From: an uncultured delta proteobacterium | GTDB taxonomy: Bacteria > Desulfobacterota > Desulfobacteria > Desulfobacterales > UBA5852 | Direction: 5' to 3' | Length of the DNA: 64,000 bases | Assembly: GCA_963850465.1 (NCBI GenBank) | Contig: CAWKLN010000044.1 | Location: 37,401-101,400, forward strand | In this document: one piece after another, positions 1 through 9,546 of the stretch | Layout: the number at the start of each line of letters is the position of its first letter | Numbering within the stretch: position 1 is the stretch's first letter | Position numbers and translations under genes: made by a program | Notes under the pieces: model-generated | Seen by the model: only the letters and a program-made list of their open reading frames with translations | What the model was told of the DNA's origin: nothing | The model's database searches: none

Positions 1-619
1 AAACCCCCTCCGCCAGATCGCTGTGACGCGCCCAACCGGCCAGTTCCTGCGGCGCTATAAAGCGCTCATACTGGTGGGTGCCGTTGGGAACAATCCGCAG
101 GACCCGCTCCGCCATGACGATGGCCAGCAGATACGAAAGGGGGGTACGATTCAGGGTGGCAAAGAACACATGGCCGCCCGGACGAACCAGCCGGGCGCAG
201 GCCTGCACGATGGATGACGGGTCGGGAACATGCTCCAGGAGTTCCATACAGACCGCAACGTCGAATCCGGCCGGGCTTTGATCGGCCAGGGACTCGGCAT
301 CGATCTGCCGGTAAGTAATGGGGAGGCCGGATGCTTGCCGGTGCGCTTCCGCGGCCGCCAGCGCGGCCTGTCCCAGATCGATCCCGGTGACCTGCGCGCC
401 CGCCCGGGCCAAGGCTTCGGTTAGAATTCCGCCACCACAGCCCACATCCACCACCGCGCGGCCGGAGAGATCGACCCGCTGCCGGATAAAATCCAGGCGC
501 AGCGGGTTGATATCATGCAGGGCCTGAAATTCCTTGCCGGCCGCCCACCACCCCGCGGCGGCCGCCTCGAATTTGGCCAGTTCGGCGACATCCGCATTGA
601 TCGCTTTTTTATCCGCCAT
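1..619 (-). CDS. ubiG: Ubiquinone biosynthesis O-methyltransferase UbiG; C-terminus runs off the window
   Basis: Absent from the ORF track because it is open at the window edge. Reverse translation from the ATG at 619 gives MADKKAINADVAELAKFEAAAAGWW..LHDINPLRLDFI..VVDVGCGGGILTEALARAGAQVTGIDL..VCMELLEHVPDP..VFFATLNRT. This is co-linear with E. coli UbiG as I remember it, including SAM motif I. Confidence 0.85.
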   Translation of the reverse strand, partial: MADKKAINADVAELAKFEAAAAGWWAAGKEFQALHDINPLRLDFIRQRVDLSGRAVVDVGCGGGILTEALARAGAQVTGIDLGQAALAAAEAHRQASGLPITYRQIDAESLADQSPAGFDVAVCMELLEHVPDPSSIVQACARLVRPGGHVFFATLNRTPLSYLLAIVMAERVLRIVPNGTHQYERFIAPQELAGWARHSDLAEGV

Positions 620-775
620 GACAACCTATCTCTCCCCGGCAGGCCACCGGGTTCCTCACGGATCAGCGCCCCTGTTTGAAGTGATGCTTTTCTGCGGGTG
701 CCGGTGCAACGTCGCCTTGGAAGCACTTTCACCCATTCCTTTGGGTGACACCTTTGGGTACGCGCACCCGGGTGT

Positions 776-3319
776 CTATACCAGACCCGCGCCCCCGGGA
801 CCAGCCTCCGCCGCGGAGGTCGATCGATTTTCACCACGAATCAACAGCAATGTATTGCCGGTCACGCTGAGACTGCTCAACAACATGGCAACCACCGCCA
901 CCAGGGGGGAGAGCCAGCCCGCCATGGCGATCGGAATGCTCACCAGATTGTAGATCAGCGAGCCCCATAAATTCTGTTCGATTTTACGGTTGACCCGGAC
1001 CGCAAACGCCAGAAAAGCATCCATCTGGAGGGGGTCGCCTTGCATGAGGGTCACGGCCTGGGCCTCTTCGCCCAATTGCCGGCCGGCAAAGACCGCCACG
1101 CTCAGATCGGCGGAAGCCAGCGCCGGGGCGTCGTTGACGCCGTCCCCGACCATGGCCACGCAATGGCCCTTCCGGCGCAGATTTTCGATGAAACGCGCTT
1201 TTTCGGCGGGTCGCCGGTCCCCCATCACGTTGTTTATGCCCAGCCGAGCGCCCACCTGATCCGTTGTCGTCTGACTGTCGCCGGATATGATGCTGAGGTC
1301 CAGATGCCTGGCCTGCAGCCGCCTTACCGCCGCTGACGCACCGGATTTCAATCGATCTCCAAACCCCAGACGGGCCACGATCCGGTCGCTGACCGCCAGG
1401 AAAATCCACGACACAACCGCCGTATCGTCCGCAGCCTGGTTCGCTGCCGTATCGTCCAGCACGAACCGGGCCGCGCCGGCAAAATCGGCACTGCCCAACC
1501 GCACCGGCCGACCCTCCCAGTTGCCGGACACACCCCGCGCATGGGACGTCAGCGCCGTAACCGGCAGGACGTCTATCTGCCGCGCGCGGGCCGCCCGCTG
1601 GATCTCGACCGCGATCGGGTGATCGACGCCTTGCTCCATCCCCGCTGCCAGGGCCAGGATCTCGTGCGCCGTCAGGGTTGCCAGCGGCACAACGGACTGC
1701 AGCTGCCAACGACCATGGGTCAGGGTGCCGGTCTTGTCAAAAACGACCGTATCGACCCGTTCGGCCATATCGAACGCGGTAAAATCCTGGACGAGAATCC
1801 CCCTGCGGGCCGCCAACGACACACCCGCCACCCGGGCCAGGGGCACCGCCAATCCCAACGCGCAGGGGCATGAGATGACCAGCACGGTCAACCCGCGAAT
1901 AAACGCCGGCTCGAAAGCGGCCCCCTGCGCCAGAAGGACCAGGGTGGTCAGTGCCGCCAGCACGATCATCACCGGGACAAAAAGTCGCAGAATACGATCG
2001 GTCCGGCCTTCCACGAGCGTCTTGCGGCTCAAGGCCGCATCCATGATGGCCAGCATCTGGCCCAGGGTCGCGGCCGGGCCGACATTTTCGGCCCGCACCA
2101 AAAACGTGCCTTCGATCACACGCGTGCCGCTGACCAGGCGGTCCCCCTCGATCCTGGGCTGCGGCCGGGCCTCCCCCGTCAGGGAAGACGCGTCGATCGT
2201 GCCTTGCCCTTCGATCACCAGGCCGTCCGCGGCCAGCGTTTCCCCGTCCGCCACCCGGAACAGGTCACCCGACGCCAATTGCGCGGCGGCAACATAGCGG
2301 CCCCGGGTATCCGCAACGCTGCACAGGCGCACTTTGGCCGGCATCAAGGTATAATAGTGCCCCAGGTCCTCCTGAATCCGATCTTTGGCCCGCCGCTCCA
2401 GAAGCTTACCCAGCTGGACCAGGATAATCAGCATGCAGGTCGTATCAAAATAGAGGTGGATGCTGCCCTGCAAAAGATTGAAGACGCTGTAGCTGTATGC
2501 ACTGATCGCGCCGATACTGATCAGCGCCTCCATGCCCGGCTGACCATTGAGGATACCTCTGAAAGCCCTTTGGTGCAGCGGCAAGCCGCCGTAGACCATC
2601 ACCACCGTGGCCATGAAGAACATGGGCCAGGAAATTTTCCAGACGGCATCGGCCGCCAGATCGGTAAAAAATCCGGAATAGAGGGAAAAGGATAGCATCA
2701 TGACGTTCATGGAGATAAACGCCGAAATGGCAAACCGGACAAACTGACGGCGCTGCTGCCGGTCGGCGGTCAGGGCATCCGGCGGGCGGGCGCTATAACC
2801 CAGGTGCGCGATGATCTCCTGGATCCTGTCGGGAGACGTCCGGGTGGGGTCATATTCGCAGCGCAGGCGGTCGGTGCTGAAATTACAGCGCGCCGCGTTG
2901 ATTCCCTGACGTTTGCGAAGGGTTTCTTCGATGACCCAGGCACAGGCCGGGCACCACATCCCCTCGACCGACATATGCAGCGCCAGGAGACCTTCCCGGA
3001 CAGCGCTGGATGACGCACCCTCCGGCGCCGTGTCCTGGAAAACAGGGGGGTGAGAGACTTCGGCCAGATCTTCTTCCGAGCGGGGAATGACGCCCATTTC
3101 AACACAGCGCCGAAACAGGTCGCTATTGCGGAACTCGGCCGGGTCGGTTGCATCCGCCGCCTCGCTCAGCATGAGGTAAACCTGCCGGCAGCCCTGGCAG
3201 CAGAAATGAATCCGGCGATCCTCCTGCGCCAGTGCAAACCGGCCGTAGCGCAGCGGCAGACCACATAGCTCGCAGGCGCCGGGAAGATCGTTCATGGTGC
3301 CATACCCGTCCGTCTGCAT
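776..3319 (-). CDS. ccoI: Heavy-metal (copper) translocating P1B-type ATPase, CcoI/FixI-like
   Basis: 847 aa. Cys-rich N-terminus (CELCG..CCQGC), CPC motif (SCPCALGLA), DKTGT phosphorylation site (FDKTGTLT) and GDGVNDAPAL hinge. It is the last gene of the cbb3 cluster. The start may be M9 at 3295. Confidence 0.85.
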   Translation of the reverse strand: MQTDGYGTMNDLPGACELCGLPLRYGRFALAQEDRRIHFCCQGCRQVYLMLSEAADATDPAEFRNSDLFRRCVEMGVIPRSEEDLAEVSHPPVFQDTAPEGASSSAVREGLLALHMSVEGMWCPACAWVIEETLRKRQGINAARCNFSTDRLRCEYDPTRTSPDRIQEIIAHLGYSARPPDALTADRQQRRQFVRFAISAFISMNVMMLSFSLYSGFFTDLAADAVWKISWPMFFMATVVMVYGGLPLHQRAFRGILNGQPGMEALISIGAISAYSYSVFNLLQGSIHLYFDTTCMLIILVQLGKLLERRAKDRIQEDLGHYYTLMPAKVRLCSVADTRGRYVAAAQLASGDLFRVADGETLAADGLVIEGQGTIDASSLTGEARPQPRIEGDRLVSGTRVIEGTFLVRAENVGPAATLGQMLAIMDAALSRKTLVEGRTDRILRLFVPVMIVLAALTTLVLLAQGAAFEPAFIRGLTVLVISCPCALGLAVPLARVAGVSLAARRGILVQDFTAFDMAERVDTVVFDKTGTLTHGRWQLQSVVPLATLTAHEILALAAGMEQGVDHPIAVEIQRAARARQIDVLPVTALTSHARGVSGNWEGRPVRLGSADFAGAARFVLDDTAANQAADDTAVVSWIFLAVSDRIVARLGFGDRLKSGASAAVRRLQARHLDLSIISGDSQTTTDQVGARLGINNVMGDRRPAEKARFIENLRRKGHCVAMVGDGVNDAPALASADLSVAVFAGRQLGEEAQAVTLMQGDPLQMDAFLAFAVRVNRKIEQNLWGSLIYNLVSIPIAMAGWLSPLVAVVAMLLSSLSVTGNTLLLIRGENRSTSAAEAGPGGAGLV

Positions 3320-3460
3320 AGGGTTTCACAAACAAGAACGGCCCAGGGCGGGGCGGCGGCCCCCGCTAACGGCGAGACCACTTGCGGCGCACTCACTTTC
3401 CGAACCATTTTGATGACGCGTGGGATGGGCGGGAAGGCGGATGTGATGGTATGCCCGACG

Positions 3461-3982
3461 TCAGCGCACCCCCAAGGACTTGACATAATGGACGATTTTC
3501 CAGCGGTCATCCGGAAAAATCGTGGTGGCCAGCGCCGGCTGCCGGGCACCGGGCCGATCGACGCCATAGCTGATTTCTTTGAACATCAAACCTTCCCCCG
3601 TGGCCTGGACTTTGGCGCTGCGCAGGTCGGCGGGCAGGGGCGCGAAACTCTGCCCCACGGTCCCCTGGCCGTCATAGTTGACGCCGTGGCATTGCTGACA
3701 GTAGGTGAAATAGAGTGTTTTCCCCTGTTCGATGATCTCGGGGGACCAACTGTTAAACGGTGAAAAGAGCGACGCCGGATCGGCCGTACGATAGAGGGCC
3801 TCGCCGCCGTGGACCGGAACGACCCCCGGCTCCATCACCAGGAGCGGCGCTTCATGCGGGCGCACCGCCGGGGTCTGCCACATCCGGCCGAATTTGAAAT
3901 AGGTGTCGTAGACCGTCAGGGCCGAATACGCCCCAAAGAACACCGTCAGGGCCGCCAAAGCGATGATCAGATTCTTTTTCAT
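3461..3982 (-). CDS. actE: Monoheme c-type cytochrome, ActE-like (ACIII monoheme subunit)
   Basis: 173 aa with an N-terminal TM/signal. It has a single CQQCH motif after GKTLYFTY, an RMWQTPAVRPHE..PGVVPVHG segment and a DDRWKIVHYVKSL tail typical of ActE-type cytochromes. The AGGGGGA RBS abuts the upstream stop codon. Confidence 0.65.
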   Translation of the reverse strand: MKKNLIIALAALTVFFGAYSALTVYDTYFKFGRMWQTPAVRPHEAPLLVMEPGVVPVHGGEALYRTADPASLFSPFNSWSPEIIEQGKTLYFTYCQQCHGVNYDGQGTVGQSFAPLPADLRSAKVQATGEGLMFKEISYGVDRPGARQPALATTIFPDDRWKIVHYVKSLGVR

Positions 3983-4210
3983 CTATTCCCCCTTGGCGCC
4001 CCGGACATGCTGCGGATAAGGCAGCTTGTCGTATACGGCATAAGGCGACTCCGCCGGGACGTCCAGGATGGGACGATAATCCCAGTCCGGCATCTTGCGG
4101 TCGGAGACGATAAAAAAGGAGAAAAACCCTTTGGCCAGAATCAGCGCTACCAGGGAAAGCACCACCAGCCAGGTTTTTACGATCGATTCTTTGTGAACGT
4201 GTTCGCTCAT
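3983..4210 (-). CDS. Small single-TM membrane protein in the cbb3/ACIII cluster, function unknown
   Basis: 75 aa with one hydrophobic helix (WLVVLSLVALILAKGFFSFFIV). Tightly packed: 0-1 nt gaps to both neighbours. Confidence 0.5.
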   Translation of the reverse strand: MSEHVHKESIVKTWLVVLSLVALILAKGFFSFFIVSDRKMPDWDYRPILDVPAESPYAVYDKLPYPQHVRGAKGE

Positions 4211-4211
4211 T

Positions 4212-4487
4212 TCAGATGACTACCCCCAGAATCCCCGTCATGAGGATATAGAAAAAGGCCCATAAAAAGGTTCCGACGATAATCAACATCATCACCAGCG
4301 GGAAGGGTGCGTCGCGATCTTCGATCCCGTCGGGGTAACGATAGATGATCGTGTCATGGCGGGCCTGATCCCCTTCGCGACGAAAATGGGCAAATGCCAG
4401 GCCCACGCCGAAAACCACCATGAACAGCAGGGTCGGAAAAAGATAGAGGTAAATCGCCTGCAAATTCCATAAGGTAAAAAGCCGCAT
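4212..4487 (-). CDS. Small two-TM membrane protein in the cbb3 cluster (possible CcoQ-like accessory subunit)
   Basis: 91 aa with two hydrophobic helices. A GGAGG sits 11 nt upstream. Translationally packed within the operon. Confidence 0.5.
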   Translation of the reverse strand: MRLFTLWNLQAIYLYLFPTLLFMVVFGVGLAFAHFRREGDQARHDTIIYRYPDGIEDRDAPFPLVMMLIIVGTFLWAFFYILMTGILGVVI

Positions 4488-4494
4488 GAGTCGT

Positions 4495-4755
4495 CTAACC
4501 TCCGTAATAGAGGGCGAAAATCACCACCGCCGCACTGGCGGCCAGCCCGGCCGATGCCAGAAAAAACAGGGTGTAGGCTTCCAACCGCCCGAAACGGGAT
4601 ACCCGCACCGGCTGGGGGTCGGGGTCATCCTGAAGCGGCAGATAGCGGGCACGCTGCTGGTCCTTGAACTGCCCGCTGGCCAGGGCCCAGGCAAACACGA
4701 TCAGGGTCAGGCCGAAGCCGATCAAAATATAGGTCACAAAATAAGGAAAGTACAT
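4495..4755 (-). CDS. ccoS: cbb3 oxidase maturation protein CcoS/FixS-like, with an extra C-terminal TM helix
   Basis: 86 aa. The N-terminal TM plus WALASGQFKDQ..LQDD resembles the CcoS signature (SGQFDD..ILxDD). A second hydrophobic helix lies at the C-terminus. Confidence 0.65.
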   Translation of the reverse strand: MYFPYFVTYILIGFGLTLIVFAWALASGQFKDQQRARYLPLQDDPDPQPVRVSRFGRLEAYTLFFLASAGLAASAAVVIFALYYGG

Positions 4756-4799
4756 CCGTTTGCCTCAGGTGATGCCGACCGCGGACGTTGCCCCGCCGC

Positions 4800-5732
4800 T
4801 CAGGGCTCGTAGGCGGCGTCGATGCCCCGCGGTTCAGCGTTGGCATCGCTCTGGTTGATGAAATTCACGGCCACGAAATTACCCACGTCCCATATTTTTT
4901 CGGATTCCAGTTCGCGTTTGAAATAGGGCATGGCGGTCCCGGTAATGCCGTTCATGATCTGGTAGTACAAAATACCGCCCGATACGCCGCGGTCCTTGAG
5001 AATCGTAAAATTCAGCGGCGGCGGATATATCCAGGGCTGGGCCGGTCCCATGCCATCGCCCACCGGGCCGTGGCAGCCCAGACAGAAATCCTGGTAAAGT
5101 TTACGTCCCCGGGCCAGGCCGGCCGGTGTGGTGGGGTAGGGGTTGGGCACCGTGCGCCAGCCCTCCGGGACATTGACATGCAACCAGTTGACGTTGGCTT
5201 CGACACCCTTTTCGTAGGCCGCGATGGCGCGCTGTTTCCACAACATCTGGCGCGCCATGCGATGATCGGCATCCTTCATCCCCAGCCCTTGGACATAGCG
5301 GATCAAGCCCTCCAGTTTTTCCTCCCCGACAAACGCAAAGGCCGGCATAATCGACAGCGGACGCGTGTAGCGGGGGTTGGTAAAATGTGCCAGGTGCCAG
5401 TCGTCCGGATGCTCGCCGCCCGCCTGGGACAGATCCGGCCCGGTGCGCTGGGATCCCAGCAGGATCGGGTGATCGGTCACGTAGTCACCCGACTGGGCAA
5501 TGCGTTCCGCGCCCAGGCCCCAGTCAATGCTGCGGATCGACTGGCTGTGGCAGTAGACGCAACCGTTGGCGATATAGACCGCCCGCCCGGCGGCTTCCGT
5601 TTCGCTGCGATCGCGATAGATATCGGAGGGCGTCTCGTCGTTGTGAATATAAGGGACGTAGACCACCATAAACACAATCGCCCCTAAAATGAGGAGACTT
5701 CCGAACACCACCGCTCTGGGTGTCATCTTCAT
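4800..5732 (-). CDS. ccoO: cbb3 oxidase monoheme subunit CcoO fused to a second c-type cytochrome domain
   Basis: NGCVYCHSQSIR is the CcoO signature. A second heme motif, CLGCH, lies in the C-terminal ~110 aa. The preferred start is the ATG at 5732 (MKMTPRAVV), which forms an ATGA overlap with the ccoN stop; the ORF track extends to 5759. Confidence 0.85.
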   Translation of the reverse strand: MKMTPRAVVFGSLLILGAIVFMVVYVPYIHNDETPSDIYRDRSETEAAGRAVYIANGCVYCHSQSIRSIDWGLGAERIAQSGDYVTDHPILLGSQRTGPDLSQAGGEHPDDWHLAHFTNPRYTRPLSIMPAFAFVGEEKLEGLIRYVQGLGMKDADHRMARQMLWKQRAIAAYEKGVEANVNWLHVNVPEGWRTVPNPYPTTPAGLARGRKLYQDFCLGCHGPVGDGMGPAQPWIYPPPLNFTILKDRGVSGGILYYQIMNGITGTAMPYFKRELESEKIWDVGNFVAVNFINQSDANAEPRGIDAAYEP

Positions 5733-7102
5733 GACAACTTCTCTCCGGGATTGGAACACAGGGTTCTGACAATGTTATAGAGACCGAGAACCGCCGAGGT
5801 GAAAATCAAAAGACCGATGGAGGCCCGCGTGATGTAATACATCTGCATTTGCGGCAGCACCCGGTAAACCGTCTCGCCGTTGTACCAGGCATTGCCCTGG
5901 ATCAGACCGACAATGGTCAGTACCACGGTAAAACCCACGACGCCGAGCAGGACCATCCAGTACTGAAAATCCGCCAGGAACCGGCTGTAGAGGGGTTTGC
6001 GGGTAATCTTGGGCAGCACGTAGTACATGCCTCCCAGGGCGATCATACCGGCGAATCCCAGCACCCCGACATGGGCGTGGGCCACCACCCAGTTGTTGAA
6101 ATGGGTGATGCGCTGGACCTGGGGCAGGGCCATGATGGAGCCCTGGATGCTGACGAAAAAATACATGATGGTGCCGGTAAAAATGAACTTGGCACCGATG
6201 TCGGCATGGATTTCGCCCAGCCGGCCTTTGGCCGTGTACCAGATGTTGATCAGGAAGGCCATCACCGGGATCACCATGGCCACGCTGTCGACGATGGAAA
6301 TGACCTTGAGCCAGGTCGGCACCGGCACCTGCAGCAGGTGGTGCGTCCCGATATGGGTATAGACCACGATCAGGGACCAGAAGCCTAGCAGGGACAGGGT
6401 GTGGCTGTAGAGCGGTGCCCGGCAGACCCGGGGGATGACGTAATAGGCCACCCCGGCCGAAAGCGGCGTCAGCAGCAGGCCGAACACATTGTGCCCGTAA
6501 AACCACAGCAGAATCGCATCCGGAATCCCGACCAGAGCCCCGGTATCGGGCCGCCAGATCACGTTGCCCAGCGAGTAGGTCACCCCGGTCAGGACAATCG
6601 CCGCGCAGGCGTACCAGACCGACACATACAGCACCGGTTCTTTGCGCCGTGTGACCGTCATGATGAAATTGATCAGGACCAGCACGAAAATGAGAACCAC
6701 CATCATGTCCACCGGCCAGACCATCTCGGCATATTCCCGGCCCTGGGTGTAGCCCGCCGCCAGGGTGACTATCGTCGCCAGCAGGGTCAGATTCCAGAGC
6801 GCCACCGTCACGACGCCCAGCATCTCGCTGAAAAGTTCGGCCCGCAGCAAGCGCGGCAGATAGTAAAAGGCCGCCGCCAGCAACCCCGGGGTGACAAACC
6901 CGAACAGCACCAGATTGACATGGATCGGGCGCACCCGGCCGAACACGACCCAGCCGATATTCTCGGTCAGGTCGGGCGCGATGAGCTCCGTGGCCCCCAG
7001 GAGCCCCATGAAGGTGGCCACCATCATCCAGAAGCCGGAGGTGAGGCAGAACCCCTTGGCCGTCATGTAGGTCGGCAACGCGCTTGTCGCATTGGTCGTC
7101 AA
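5729..7102 (-). CDS. ccoN: cbb3-type cytochrome c oxidase subunit I (CcoN)
   Basis: 457 aa polytopic membrane protein. Carries LWFYGHNVFGL (WxYGHNxVG signature) and downstream His ligands (THHLL, VAHAHVG). TTG start at 7102 is preceded by AAGGAGA at a 7-nt spacing. Confidence 0.9.
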   Translation of the reverse strand: MTTNATSALPTYMTAKGFCLTSGFWMMVATFMGLLGATELIAPDLTENIGWVVFGRVRPIHVNLVLFGFVTPGLLAAAFYYLPRLLRAELFSEMLGVVTVALWNLTLLATIVTLAAGYTQGREYAEMVWPVDMMVVLIFVLVLINFIMTVTRRKEPVLYVSVWYACAAIVLTGVTYSLGNVIWRPDTGALVGIPDAILLWFYGHNVFGLLLTPLSAGVAYYVIPRVCRAPLYSHTLSLLGFWSLIVVYTHIGTHHLLQVPVPTWLKVISIVDSVAMVIPVMAFLINIWYTAKGRLGEIHADIGAKFIFTGTIMYFFVSIQGSIMALPQVQRITHFNNWVVAHAHVGVLGFAGMIALGGMYYVLPKITRKPLYSRFLADFQYWMVLLGVVGFTVVLTIVGLIQGNAWYNGETVYRVLPQMQMYYITRASIGLLIFTSAVLGLYNIVRTLCSNPGEKLS

Positions 7103-7220
7103 AATGAATCTCCTTTGGGTTTTCGCTCTAGACGGACCATGACATGTTCGTCTGGGGCGGAACCGTTCAGCGCAGATCGTGATGTAAACACTACCTCATA
7201 AACGCCAGGGGTGGCGCCCA

Positions 7221-7730
7221 TCAGCTGTGACAGGCCAGCCAGCAACCCAGATTGACCTTCTTCTCCGTGTGGCAGTTGATACAAAACCCCATCTTGAAAT
7301 GCTTGCCCTTGATGCGATCCTGGGTTTCCACCTGGTCGTGGCAGGATTGGCACTCGATTCCGAAACGGATGTGTCGCTGGTGGTTGAACAGCACATGCTC
7401 GGGCAGAAAGTTGGCCTTGACCCAGGGGGTCGGCGTCGCGGTGTCGAAATAGCGGTGTTCTTCCTGGATCCACCAGTGATTGGCGATGATGTAGTTGTGG
7501 CAGTAAAGGCATTTTTCCACCGGCGGCAGCCCGGGATGGTTCGAACGCCCCACATAGGGATGGCAGAACTGGCACTGGATCGCCTTGACGCCGGCATGCA
7601 GACGGTGGCTGAACGGGATCGGCTGTTCCGGCCCGATCATGCTCTGGGGCGGCGTATAGAAAAAGAAAAGAAAGGCCGCCACCAGGACAAGCGATACCGC
7701 CGTCCAGAAAAGCGGGGTGGCGTTGGCCAC
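7221..7730 (-). CDS. actA: Multiheme cytochrome c, ActA-like (ACIII pentaheme subunit)
   Basis: 169 aa with an N-terminal TM. Heme motifs are CQFCH, CLYCH, CQSCH and CINCH, plus a terminal CWLACH (CX3CH). The PIPFSHRLH lead-in is typical of ActA. GTG start. Confidence 0.75.
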   Translation of the reverse strand: MANATPLFWTAVSLVLVAAFLFFFYTPPQSMIGPEQPIPFSHRLHAGVKAIQCQFCHPYVGRSNHPGLPPVEKCLYCHNYIIANHWWIQEEHRYFDTATPTPWVKANFLPEHVLFNHQRHIRFGIECQSCHDQVETQDRIKGKHFKMGFCINCHTEKKVNLGCWLACHS

Positions 7731-7772
7731 CAGGACCCTGCCATTTTTTTTGCAGGAAGGCGATCGGATCCA

Positions 7773-8963
7773 TCACGCCACCTCCTTGCGGCCCACCCGC
7801 ACAAGCTCGGGAAACTGTTTCAGATAACCGGAGACCGCGAATGCCATAAGCCCGAAAAATCCCATCGTGATGAGGACATCCGTGATCCCCAGAGGAATGG
7901 ATGTCGCGTCGTGGTTAAGCGCCGGTCCTAGCAGAAGCAGGTGCTCCAGCCACATGCCGGCGATGATGATACCGCAGAAGACCATCATGAACCGCGGCAG
8001 GGTTTTGACTTTTTTGTTGAGCAGCACCAGAAAGGGGACAATGAAGCAGACGATGAACACCAGCCAGGCCAAGCCCTGCCAGGGGGGCGTCATGACCCGT
8101 TCGATGATGTAGGCCGTCTCTTCGGAAAGGTTGCCGTACCAGATGACCACCAGCTGGGCGTAAAAAAAATCGGCCCACACCAGGCAGAAGGCGAAGAAGA
8201 GCTTGCCGATATCGTGAAAGTTGCTGGCGGGAATCTCAAAACCGTTGCCGGGCTGGAGCTGCAGCGCCGCCGCCAGAATGATCACCGCCCCCAGTCCCAT
8301 GTAGATGGCCTTGACAAAGGAATAGGCCCCGAAAAGGGTCGAATACCAGTGGGGGTCAGCCGCCATCACCAGATCGTAGCCGATCAGCGACAGCACCAGG
8401 GCGAAGGCCAGCATGTAGAGAATGCTGAGCACGTTCTTGCAACGCTCACAGCGCTCGATGTTTTCCGGGCGGCGCTGCCAGCGCCGCACCAGAAAGGCGC
8501 GCAGACGGCCGCCCTCAGAGGGTTCCTTCGTTAATTTCAGCCGCAGGGCCTGATAGGTGTATGCCAGCCCCAGACCGTAAAGTACGAGCAAGGCGATGAG
8601 GTCGCGGGAGAAAAGAAAACGGACGTTTAGCCAGGCTTCCTTGCCGTGCAAATCTTCATGCAGCCATGGGAAAACGTGTTCGCGCCCCAGGAAGAGCAAC
8701 AGGAAGAGAACGATGGAATAGGGGAAAAAGGCGGTGAAAGCCTCCGCCAGATTGGACAGCGGGCCGCTCCACTTGGCCCGGGTGGTATGCATGATGGTCG
8801 AAAATAGCAGCCCCCCCTGAGCGATAGCGGACCACACCAGAAAATTGATCAGGTAAGCCTGCCAGGCGCGTTCGGGATGTCGCGTAAACAAGGCCACGAG
8901 GAAGGTGACGATGCCAACCGCGGCCAGTGCCAGAAAGATTTTCCTGATGGGCGATGTCTTCAT
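7773..8963 (-). CDS. actF: ACIII membrane subunit ActF (NrfD/PsrC-like paralogue)
   Basis: 396 aa polytopic membrane protein immediately after ActD, matching the position and size of ActF. Confidence 0.7.
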   Translation of the reverse strand: MKTSPIRKIFLALAAVGIVTFLVALFTRHPERAWQAYLINFLVWSAIAQGGLLFSTIMHTTRAKWSGPLSNLAEAFTAFFPYSIVLFLLLFLGREHVFPWLHEDLHGKEAWLNVRFLFSRDLIALLVLYGLGLAYTYQALRLKLTKEPSEGGRLRAFLVRRWQRRPENIERCERCKNVLSILYMLAFALVLSLIGYDLVMAADPHWYSTLFGAYSFVKAIYMGLGAVIILAAALQLQPGNGFEIPASNFHDIGKLFFAFCLVWADFFYAQLVVIWYGNLSEETAYIIERVMTPPWQGLAWLVFIVCFIVPFLVLLNKKVKTLPRFMMVFCGIIIAGMWLEHLLLLGPALNHDATSIPLGITDVLITMGFFGLMAFAVSGYLKQFPELVRVGRKEVA

Positions 8964-9012
8964 ATGCCGTGGGGTGCCTTTCCCTTTACTGATCTACCGG
9001 TGCCGTCGACGT

Positions 9013-9537
9013 TCAGGCGGCTTGCGATGACGTTTCCAGTGTTGCCACCTGGGCACCGCGATCTTGGAAGAACTGGCGCAGTTCCGTCTCGCCCACCGGG
9101 TCGCAGGCTGCCGTAATGCCGTAATGATCGCCGGAACAGCGGGGGTCGTATTCGGCCAGCCCCGCGTAGTCCGGCAGCCCGCCGATGTTGATCAGCCCGA
9201 TAACGTTGCCGATGACCGAAAAAAGGATCGTGAATTCGAATCCCACGATGAAAAACGGCACCAGGGCGACCACCGGTTTGCCGCCGACGATCAGATCCCA
9301 CTGGACCGAGGTATAGGCCGCGAACAAAAACCCGGTGAAAAAGCCGATGATGCCGCCGGCCAGTGTAAAATAGCCGACCTTGCTTTTGGGCAAGTTGAGC
9401 GCATCGGCAATCTTGTGATTGGGGATCGGGCCGTGAACCCGGACGACCGACCAGGGCGAGGATTTGAGTGCCCTCAGCGTGTCGACCACCTGATCCGGTT
9501 CCTTGAACAACCCCATTAAACGTTTTTCGGCCGGCAT
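9013..9537 (-). CDS. actD: ACIII subunit ActD (DUF3341 family)
   Basis: 174 aa. Soluble N-terminal domain (GLFKEPDQVVDTLRALK) followed by two TM helices. Lies between the two NrfD-like genes. Confidence 0.7.
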   Translation of the reverse strand: MPAEKRLMGLFKEPDQVVDTLRALKSSPWSVVRVHGPIPNHKIADALNLPKSKVGYFTLAGGIIGFFTGFLFAAYTSVQWDLIVGGKPVVALVPFFIVGFEFTILFSVIGNVIGLINIGGLPDYAGLAEYDPRCSGDHYGITAACDPVGETELRQFFQDRGAQVATLETSSQAA

Positions 9538-9546
9538 GACCCCTCC

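Noticed and set aside
7099-7776. 225-aa and 133-aa ORFs overlapping actA on the same strand in other frames.
   Set aside because: The 7221-7730 frame carries four canonical CXXCH heme motifs plus a terminal CX3CH site, and an N-terminal TM helix. The alternative frames are Pro/Arg/Gly-rich with no motifs.
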